Assembly: GCF_964204865.1 (NCBI RefSeq)
Contig: NC_135258.1
Coordinates: forward strand, 10,478,001-10,542,000
From: Styela clava
Taxonomy: Eukaryota
Direction of reading: 5' to 3'
DNA length: 64,000 bases
Shown: in pieces, positions 49,801-61,800 of the stretch
Position numbering within the stretch: position 1 is the first letter of the stretch
Layout: each line of letters opens with the position of its first letter
Notes under the pieces: generated by a model
Told to the model about the DNA's origin: nothing
Database searches by the model: none
The model's input: the letters and a program-made list of their open reading frames with translations, nothing else
Translations under genes and position numbers: made by a program

Positions 49801-52800
49801 ATTTACAGAAACAACAATTGTACAAGGCAGCACGAGCATCGCAGCAGATGAAAAATGTCCAGGTAATTGTGATGAATCCTCTCCAGACTTTATTGCTTTC
49901 AAAAGCTCTTTCGAAGAAAATGTCAACAAGGTAATTTGTATAAATATAAATGTGAATCTATTTTCATCTGCTATTGTTATATATATATAAATAAATGTTT
50001 GAAACAAAGATATTGGATTTGGTTTGAACATATTTTCATAAATGATAGGTATTTCATAAAGTCTCTTCAGGTTAATATAGAAATGAAACTTATGCCATTT
50101 GAAACTGCCATTTATCATTAATTATTTCCTTCAGTCTGTCTTATCTAAATTTTCTCGCATTAATAACTCACTGACTTCCTGAACTAATATTTTTGGCAGC
50201 GAACTATGACCTTGAGTTTGAGATAATCACTTTAATCTGACTCGCATGGTGTGTGTGGTCTATAAAGTTCAGAATGTGTTGCAGTGTTCAAATGTGAAAA
50301 AGCACTTACGATTCAGAACATAAAAAATTATGCATTTTTATGAAATTTTCAAATATCAATATTTCCTTATGTAAGAAAAAATATTGGAAATCGTATTCAA
50401 TCATTTTGAATATCCATTTGCTGAAGTGGTTTATCCGGCAATTTAATATATTGAAATATTTTGTTGAAGTAATGTTTATGATGTCCTTAAGTATTTGACA
50501 AAAAATATTTATGAATAATATTTTGGGATTGTTTCATTTTATTAATATTCAGAAAAATACTTATATGCGCAGTTTATATAAAATTGTCATTCATTAAGAG
50601 AAACCTGGATTGATACTGTATGTTTTATCCTATCTTCTATTATTTGCATGTCTTTATTGTATATTTTGTATATCTAAATTTCTTATTCATTTCCAGATTC
50701 TCGAAAGGAAGAACAAAGCTAATAGTGATGCAGGATCTGTAACAAATTTTAAAATTGAGGAAGTAAGAAGAGGTAGTGCTGTTTTAGTTTACAGGTTTGT
50801 TAAATTATATTTTCCACTCGATTTTTTGAACCCAGCTTACAAAATCCAGACATTCCTTCGCATTTACGATAAACGAATTAAGCATTCTTTTGAGTTTATG
50901 ACAAGGTTTAGGCTTACCGTATTACTTCCGATATAAGATATTGATGGTTTATTTGGAAATACATCCTTCATTGTTTTCACGATACAAAATCAGCACATTG
51001 CTGTATATGTTTAGGTGCCTCAGGGCACTGATTTTCTTCCATAATAGTGTTGAGGAAGTTAATATCGTTGCTATTGTGGAAAATATCTGATTGGTGATTA
51101 AGTTGGATGATACCCAACCGGATTTATTGCTAAGCTTAACCTTTGATGGCCATACACCCAATTTGTTGTGTATCCTTAGGCACATTAGTTGCCAAATATG
51201 TTTTATGTTAGCATAACACAATTTTTTGTCTGCATTTTTGTGTTATGGTGATTATATACAAATTTGGCATATTTTGATTCTCCAACTATGTAACTGTTTT
51301 AATTCAAATGATCATGATTTTTTTACCATTTGTGCTGTAATTGACATAAATTCAAGGAAAATGATTTAGTGTTTATTTATTATGTATATGTAATTTGTAT
51401 ATACATATATGTACTTGTATGTATATGTACAAAAATTTGCGTCTTTTAATGTAGTGCTATGATGACTTGGTCTGATATGCCCATCGGTGAAGATTTTGTT
51501 CCTGGTCTTGATACATTGTGGGCATTTGAAAGATTGCATGATCCTGCAGTAGGAGCATTGAAAGAGGCAATTATTTCCATGCATGTTACTTTGGTCTTGT
51601 ACAAGAAACCTGGGGATGATTTTATGGTTCAAGGTAATAATTGTTATATAACTAATTATTGCCATTCCTAAATGTAAAATTTTTAACTTCGAATCAGTTT
51701 TGTATTTTTCACCATTGAGAAGCTTTTTAGAAACATCAAGCTGAAGGTTTATCTTTCAATTATTAGGATTAGGTAAAAATGTTTTATTTAGCATTCATTA
51801 ATTACACAATATTTCTCTCACAATGGAAATAAATATCTGAATCGTAATCTGAAGCTGTGGATATGATTATTTGAAACATCGGACAATTATATTAACAGCT
51901 TCAGATTATGATTCAGATTACGACACATATATATATATATATATATGTTTAAAAATAAAACCCAATTGAACAAGTCAAGTTTATGCATCAAAAACAAATA
52001 CCTGGTTAGCTATTCTAATATGCAACGTCATTGAATGGTAACAGGATGATGGCCACATTTACCATCTGATTAAGCCATCCCATTTTTTCATGTGAATAAA
52101 CCATTTTGTCTACTTTCATCTCCCCCAGCATAAAAATGAAAATCCTATCCATATCCTAATTGAATATATAATTCAGAGGTTTGTGGAATGCTACAATGTG
52201 AGCATGGTGCAAGTTGTATGGTGACAGAAGACAATGCTGGAGGTCTGGAACACAGTTGTGACTGTTCCGCTATTGGCAACGCTGAGCGTCTTCCTGTCAC
52301 ACTTGGATGCAAACTAGCAAACAACAACCGCTTTTATGATAACAAGGTCGCGGTACGTCAAGCGTCTTGCATGTTGAGGTCTTTCTTCACATTCAGAGAC
52401 ATTTGTCGAGGTATCATCGCTCTTTTAATATCTTGTATTTTGTATAAATATGTTAGGATTATTGTTTGTTTTTTTAACCAAAAACTTTTTTTTGTGCTTT
52501 ATTATTTAAAATCTTTTTATAAAAAAGGTAAGTTATATCTGTTACTTAGTTATTGGATGTTTACTTCTCTTATTGTTGTTCTGAAATATTGTGGCTTTTG
52601 CTGAATTGCTGTTTAATGGTAAATGGTTGAATGTTGATGCATTTGATGTATAATGTGAACGCATGTGTATTCTGTGTTGTATCATGCACATATAAAACGA
52701 ATATTTATAAATACTTTTGTATCACACAAGTTCCACCTAAAAATCCGTGTGATGACATTTCATGTGATGGAGATGGAAGTATGTGTATTATTACTAATGG

Positions 52801-55800
52801 AGTAGCAAGCTGTGACTGCGTAACATGCTCTGAAACATTTGAACCTGTCTGTGGATCAAACGAACAGACTTACAGGTAAGTTACTGATAATTTTTCTAAG
52901 CCATTTTCATTACCTAACTTGATAATATGATTAATTCTTTCAATACTGCATTATTAATTTCCACTCATAGGTAATTTCAATTCATTGTATGGTAAAACTT
53001 TTGTAATGTTATAGCATATTTTCTATATTTACAACAGGAGCATGTGTCACTTAAATAGGGAGAACTGCATTCGTGGAACATCTGTAACTGTGGCAAGCAA
53101 TGGAATGTGTGGTTAGTATGCTCTTTATAAATATTTACTTGTTAACAGAACTTATTTTTATTTTTACATCTATGGTAATCTGAATAAACTAATATTATTG
53201 GAAACTGATGTGGAGTGATTCATTTCATATCACAATCAATCATCATCAACCATTGGCTCAGTCATAAATTTGTGTTTCTACCTTAATTTCAGCAAGTCAA
53301 TGTGATGAAGTTGATTGCAGACATGGAGGACAATGTGAGGAATTATTGAGAGGGTCTGCATTGTGTATTTGCCCATCATCGGTTAGTGTTTTGTCATTTT
53401 ACATTAACATGGCATGGGGTTTTTGGAAATCAATCTGAGTGATGATAAAGGATAATATATAGTTTTGGTTTATGGCGGAGTTCTAGGTTTGATAATACTT
53501 ACAATATCAATTTAAATATATTTTATAAAATGCTAATTTAGCAAATACATGTATCTGTTCAATATAATAATTAAATATAACATTTTATTATAAAAACATT
53601 CATATACAACTGACAAAATAATGATGAATATCTTTCTTTCATTTTTTCCTAGTGTATTGAAGTGTATTCACCAGTATGTGGATCGGATGGTATAACATAT
53701 GAAAATGAATGTCGACTTTCAATTGCTGCTTGCAATAAGAAGATGGACATATCTGTTCTGAAGATGATGCCTTGCAGTGAGTACTTTTTGTGGGGTACCG
53801 GTAATATAAATAGAATAAAACCACACAATCGTTTTTACATATAAATCTTGGATATGATAGATGTTGTTTTATTTATTTTTCATGTCAGTTGTTTGTTATA
53901 TTATACATTTTGTTATGAAAAAAATTTCTTAGATGGTACTGAAAGTATAAAACCTCCTACTGAGGAAGTGGAGGAAGGATCTGGAGAAGAGGGATCTGGG
54001 GAAGATGACTGTCATTGTAAATTTGGAGCAACCTGTGATGAAACTATTGATGATGAAGATAGAAGTTGCGTTTGTGATATTAAATGTGACAGGTAATATA
54101 ATTGATCAGTTATTTGTATTTTTCATGTCACAATAACTTTATATTTCTTAGTACCTACTTGTTCAAAGATATGATATATGCGAGGTACAAATAAAAGAAC
54201 ATTGATGTTTTGCAATATTATTTTTCTCCCTCTTGATTTTTATGTATATTTTTCAAAAGGAATCTAGTTTTAATGGACTGCTTTCAAACTTTAGAATCGG
54301 ATCATGGGTATGCGGATCCGATGGAAAAACTTATACTGATGAATGTGAATTGCTCAAAACACAATGTGAAATGCAAAAATTAATCAAAATTGCATCACAA
54401 GGAAGATGTGCGGGTATGTGAATATTGTATTGCAAAAAATATGTAGAAAGACGTGGCAAAAAAATTATGGAGGGTTTTGAAATTTTCATTAAAAAAATTA
54501 CAATTCGACACCATTCTCATTATTAGAACTATACTATGGTTTGAAAGTAATAATAATATACTTCATTTCTGTTTTTGTTTTGTTAGACTTATGCTCAAAA
54601 TCTGTATTTGGTTGTTGTGATGATGGAATTACTCCTGCGAAAGGAAGCAGAAAGGCTGGTTGTCCAGGTATATGTTTAAACATAATTCCATCTGTGGGTG
54701 TGGCTTTATCAGCTTCTATAACTTTTTTCTAATAAAATTTATTTACTTCTGTTATGCTGTCTTTAATCTATCATCGATGCATATTTGAGTTTCCATAATA
54801 AATTATATTTGAAATGGCACAATTCCACAAAATCTTTTTAACTTCAAACCGACCGTTATGTTATATATATGACCTTGTCGCTATATTGCAACCCAGCAAC
54901 CCACATGTTTTGTTTATACAAGCTCTTTTTCAGTGATCGTTATGGTTGGCTAAGTGTAGGGGTCATTAAGCCTTGTTTTTATGTTATCAAATTCCCAGGT
55001 GTTACTAGAAGGCGTTAGAACTTATTTTGATAAATTATGGGTGATTTACAATTTGAATATAGGTTACTAGTTTGCACATGGCTTGATTAATTGTGGTTCT
55101 GTGTGAGGCGCTGAAATTTTTGGTGCCATGTAATATTAATTTGTATTTTTATATCATTTCACTTTACAAGCGAACCCATTCATTCCAATGTCAATATTTC
55201 AATATATTGTTTTATCCACAAATAAAATGGTTTTATCCGTATTAATAATCATCAATCATTATTTGGAATCCTTCAGCATGATCGAAATAAAAAAATCACA
55301 TATAAAATCAGGAAAATTTTTATAAATTTGCATTGACATTTTAAAGTCAACTTTATAGATGGTACTGAATAAATCTTCCTAAAAACATGGATATTTTATA
55401 TGTTCAAATGAGTTGGAGTACTTTTTAGTTCTGGTACTACACTCTGTTTTTTAAATAATTTATTTTCTTTATCTAACAGAAACATGCAAGTGCAACGAAC
55501 ATGGTTCATTTTCTCCACTCTGTAATCACACAACAGGGCAATGTGTATGTAGACCAGGAGTTGGAGGTCAGAAATGTGATCAATGCCAACCAGGATTCTG
55601 GAATTTCCGTGCCATTGCGGAAAAGCGAAGCATTGGATGCATGGGTAAGATAATTGTATAAAAGATTGAATACCATAAAATATAGTTTAAGCTAGGCCTT
55701 TTCAATATAATGGAGCCATTTTATTGGGATTACTTCATCCACTAAGATTAAGGTGAAATACTAACATAAGCGATAATTCTGCATAATAACTATTTAATGA

Positions 55801-58800
55801 AATATTTTCTTTTGAAAAAGTTGCAAATTCAAGTACTAAGCAGAAATTTTATGTAATGGTTGCTACATGCAGTGTTTCATAAACCCCTCTTAGAAATGGT
55901 GTTGGGGATCATTTCCTCGCCTTTTTCAAATCTTGAGATGAATCATATGTCACATTTTTGTCCACAATCATCTTTAGATTGTAGATGTGAAAAGGGAGGC
56001 TCAGTTCGAGACGATTGTGATCAAATGACAGGACAATGTGTTTGCAAAGAAGGAATTACAGGAGTTAAATGTTCAAAATGTGAAAATGGGGAATTAGTCA
56101 CCGACGAAGGATGTGTAGGAGGTAAAATAGAATATCTTTGTTTTTTGAACTTCTTAAAATTAAGAGTAAGGAAATGTTCAGCTTTTTTATTCATGATTCA
56201 TGTATGTAGTGACTACTTCTATAACTTTTATGCAAATTTCAGCCCATGGAAGAGAAACCGCTGGTTCCTGTGGAGAATTAAATTGCCGTTTTGGCCAAGA
56301 ATGTGTTGCTCGATCTGCTGAATCAGGATTATACATGTGTCAATGTCCCCCATTATCTTCCTGTGATACATATGCTAATGGCAAGGTTAGTTAACTATTT
56401 ATGTGCATTCTCATTTGATATATATTTGACATCACTATTTGCGTGACGTTCAAAAGTTTTTTGAAATCGTGGAAATGTTATATATCCTACAATATATGCT
56501 CGACAGTGTTTCAATTTTATACCATCATCCATATTCTTGTTTTATTAACAGTACTTTTGTAATTATCAATTCTTCATTTTTGGTTATTACTTGTTTCACG
56601 TATCTTGTTTATTGCTTAATGTTGCCAGCTTCCAAAATACTAGCTCAATTGATTCAAATGTCCAATGTTTAATATTCGTGCTTATTGCTTGCTTTCTATT
56701 ATTACGGTACTTTGTTTAGCCTTTTACAGTGATGCATTACACTAATCACTCTTTATTTCTTGTTCCTTGCCTCTCTCGCAGTGTATTAAACGTAAAAAGG
56801 CAAGTGTTGTGTGATATAGTTGTTGTCTGTTGTCAAACACAAATGCATGTCTTGATTAGTCTACTTGATAATAATATTGCTAGTGCCACCAATTTTAAAC
56901 TGAAGATGAAACACTTAAACTAACTCCTTTTCCATCCTTATGTATCTGTGTAGAGTGTTTGTTGTAGCATGTTGTTACTATAGTGATTCCCAAGGTTACA
57001 ATAGACATGTAGCCTGGAACATGTAAACACATCACACTTAATTATAGTTTTTACATAATCTCTCAAACAAAAAACAACTTGTTTTCCACAATTTACTAAA
57101 ATGATAAAAATATTATCTTCTTTATGACTGTATTTGGAATTAGTACACAAGGTAATGGGTTTCAGTTAAGCATGTGGTAGAGCTCGGATGAGTATTTATA
57201 CTGTTTATTCATACGAAATTACCTCATTATTTTTCTTTGCTATGCATATGGTATACTGGAATTGATAACATTGACAAATTGGTTGCTACTGACTTTATGC
57301 AAATTTAAAATATGCACCTAAAATAGCAATTAACGTAGTAGATATTTAACATAGGAACCCAAATTATATATCAGTATTCTCTGTGTCATATCAAAAGAAA
57401 AATTTGTGAAAGCACTCGATTTAAAAATTCCCTTTTTCACCTAACCAACAAACGTCATTTACTAATATCAATCTTCATAATATTCTGCACTTATCTCTTA
57501 ATCAAATTACGAATTCCTATGGAAGCAGAACAATGAACCCACGCTGTGACTCTTATAACGATTGAGTACCCTTCATTGTCAAACCCAAATGGTGATGTAT
57601 TTGAGATGTTTTGTTATACATGGCCCAAGAAAGCCGAAGCTGGATTTGGCCGTGATCATCTTAGACGTGTTTCACAGAAAAAAGTTTGTGGCTAAATCGT
57701 AGCCTCAAATGGGCTTCTCGCAGGATTTGTTTTATTTTGATAAAATTCGTGATTTTCTTTAAACCCAAAATTCATTTAATATGAAGCATAGTATCACATG
57801 CTGTGAGCCTGTGACTAATATCCAGCAGTATGCTGTTATTAAATCAAAATGTTTAAAATGAATTTTTCACTACTTATTGTGAATTTATTATGTACTATAA
57901 AAATAATTCATTGAATTAAAATCCATTGGAATTCCTGGAAAATTGTTTACGCATATAGTCAAATAAAATTTATATTTTTTTTCAGGTTATGTATACTATA
58001 ATTTCTAACCTTTTTTATATTTTTTTTAGATTTGTGCATCAAATGGAATAACATATGCTGATGAATGTCAAATGGTAGTAGTAGCATGCAGAGAATCAAT
58101 TGTTCTTACCGTTATCTCTGATGGAACATGTAGCGGTATGAAAATAAATTGTATACAATTTCTCAAATAGCACTGCTCTGTTTCCGACACATTTTATTGC
58201 AAAATATGTATTCTTTTATAGAAATCAATAATTTAGTAATAATATATTTATATATTCTGACAAAGTATTTTGGAATGCTAGAATATGATTTATAATATCA
58301 TGAATACGTTCCATCATTTAATTTTGACTTCCATATTTTTTGTTGTTAAGTAAAAAGTTATAAATCTTTATGTAATATTTTGCCAACAAAATATCATTCT
58401 ATTTTGTTTAGAATATTTCAAATCAAAAAGGCCTGTGGTTCCACCTATTGTTACACCCGCATCCACAACGGCTCAACCTGCTACTACCACTACTACATCC
58501 ACCGCTAGTACAACTATGTCTACTACTACTGCTTCCACCACTTCAAAATCAACTACAACTAGCTTGACTACCCCAGGTATAAGCACAGATATGAATAAAG
58601 TAACTGATTCAACGACAACAATCACTACTACAATGACATCAACAATGGCCGTGAAAACACCAGATCCTGACTTCGATATTGGTATGTGATTTATTTATCT
58701 ATATAGCACATTATACAACTTTTGATACCCCACTCACAGACCACTTTTTTATGCAATGCTGTCAGAAATCTATCCTAACATCTAACTTTTAAGGTAACAA

Positions 58801-61800
58801 TAATTGACTTTGTCTGCACTTTTCATATATGCAAACATGTCAGTTAGCTAAGTAGAAATTTCTAATTATCCCAATTAAAAATCCAAATACACATATTCAT
58901 TTCGACTTAAAATCCTGACTTGTTAACTGGTATTTATAAACATAAATAAAACTTGATTGATAGGCACCATTTTTATTCTTAAAAATAAAAAGATGCAATC
59001 ATATTTCATAATATTTCAATCGCCGCAAATATTACTAACAGAAGTTTCTCTCTTCACCTGATCACTTGATTAAAAATACCAATTGTAAATTTTTTATTTC
59101 AGATGGCAGTGGTGATGGTGGTGAAAATACTGATGGTAATACTACAATTGATGATGAAGATGATAATGAAAATGAATCTTCCGGAGATGAAACTGATGAT
59201 GTCAGTTTAATATAATTTCTGTTAACCATGAATATTACAAAAAATCTTGAAGTTATTCTAGTCTTATATCTATATTGAATATTTATGAAATTAGTTGTTC
59301 GTGTATTTTACTTGAACTATCTATGTTCTTGTTAATTTGGTTTTTCTGTACCAAGTCATTCAAAATTTTGATTTGCGTGTTGCTTATGCAATTGAATTTT
59401 CATGTCTGAATGAAATAATATTATTATTTTAGATTTTCCCCACTGGTCATACAGACGCTCATAATCTGGTGACACCAGGTATGAACAATTTTGTTTTTGA
59501 TTTGTTAAACTGATAAAGTGACAGTTCTACTGATGACATTTTTGATGTGATTTTCTCATTGTGAACATATTGTCAAATTACCTTTTAATGATTATATAAA
59601 ACACATTTTTGAATCGTGACTCATGGCAGTGAGAGAAATATGATATATCTTGTGAAAAATACAGGATAATCTTTCTGTACGAAACATTTATAAAAGATCA
59701 GATTTAGAATTTTATATAGGTACAGATTCAACAGTTTAAAAATATTCTTCTTTTTTTTTAAGCAGCCTTATTGCAGCAAATGGAAATCAGTGTTTCAAAT
59801 TTATGTCTATATGTAATATTTGTTTCGTAGATGTCATGTAACTAACTATACAATGTAAAATGTCAAATACAATGTCATTTGGCTAGTTTGATATTGGGGG
59901 TGCATATTGTCCATATCTGCATGAGTGTGAATATGTATTTTTTACCAGTTTCCTTTATTTATCTTTCCTACATAAGAATATTTTTATTATATTAGTAAAA
60001 AGTTTTATTAAATGCAGTTAGTTTTATTTTATGGTATTTTTATAGAATCAATGCGATCATATCAAGTAGAAACGAAGTTGAAATTTCCTAACAATACAGA
60101 ACCAATAAACATGGATGATTTGTTGAAAGATCCTGAAGAATATGGGGAAACAATTACATCAGTCTTCACTAGGGTAAGTTACTAACTAGCACATACATTA
60201 TGTTTAGTTTAATAGAAAAATGATAACATTTTTAGTGTTCACTCGTGATTTGGGGTCTCTTCTATTCCAGGCTATTATAATAAAATATATAAACTATGTG
60301 ATGATTGCCTTTCTACTTTTTTCTATTACTATATATTTCAACTTGATTGACTTTTTTTGGTTCATATGAGGTGGTGTGTTATTCTAATCTTGTTATCTTT
60401 AGTATCGACTTGAGCTAATGCGTAATCCACTTAAAACCATTTTCTAGATTTATTTTTGACACTTAATCAATTTCCTACTTGTTACAGCTTGGTCTTGTTA
60501 TTGCGGGATTGCCAGGAAGCAGTCCAATAGCACTCACATCTTTGACAAATGCTGCCATAAAACAAATAAATACTGAAGGTATCGTTGTCACATTCCAAAT
60601 TGATGTTTCTGACAAATCTGACCTGAAAGAACTGCAAAATTTTATAAATGCAAATCTGGATGACGGTGAAAGTTTTATGTTCATTGATTCAGGTATACAA
60701 TAAAAGACATATTCATGCAAATTTTTCATTATCATCAAACACAATTAATTTTAGCTTTGGTAAGGAAAGAGACTTCCACAAAGACAATAATAAAACAGAT
60801 TAAGAATGAATTTTGTATTTTATTTGATTGTATATATTTCTCATGAATGGTTTTTTAACCAAATGAGTTATTTTCAAATTCATTTGTAGCATAAACACAC
60901 CATGATATGGTATAGCATTCAATATTTTTTCTCCTGATGGTGTCATTTGTACAGCCATGTGTATGTGTTATCTATTTTTGAGTACTTCGGTAATAATCCT
61001 CGATGATGATTACATTTTTTTGAGTCAGAATTCTATTTATTAAAAACGACACAAGCTGAAGTAGCAAGAAAAGCGAAATATATTTCTATATATATTCGTA
61101 TTTTATACTTTAATCATATATGAAAACATATAAATATGTGCTCAAATATATTTTAAATCTATTTTTATCAATGGTTTATAATATAATAGTTCTTCTATTA
61201 AAATAATTCCAGTTCAGCTTCATCTTTTACACTGCTCAAGAAGATTTTATGTTTCCTGGCACTTAACTGAAGTGTAATTAATTCTTTATTAATTTGTGCC
61301 AATGTTTAAATAGATTGTTTTCAAATTACACTTTATTAATTATTGCATTATTCAAAAATTAATTTTATTGTGCCTTAATTTTATTGTAATTTATCAATAT
61401 CATTGTTTTATCTTAATTCCCATGTGTAGTATGAAAATTAAACCAATTATTTTGAATGATTTTTGCATTTGTCATTATGAAACAATGTTACAATATGTGA
61501 TAAACATTAGAAAAAATTGCTTCGTTATGTGTGACGTAGAAATGTTCTGTGTTGATGTAATCTTTATGAAATGTGGCAACATTGCATGGTGGATATTTGA
61601 AGCAATCATATTGCCCTTTAATTTTGCATAAAACACAATATTCAATTTTATCAAATATGAAGAATGATGCTCATCAAATAAATGATGAATATTATTAATG
61701 AGGAGCACATGAAAAATTTGTAATTAAACATGATTGCTTCAATTTACCTGAAATTATTGCTGAATCAAATCCTAACCTTCCTTCTTTTCTTCTTGTCCCT

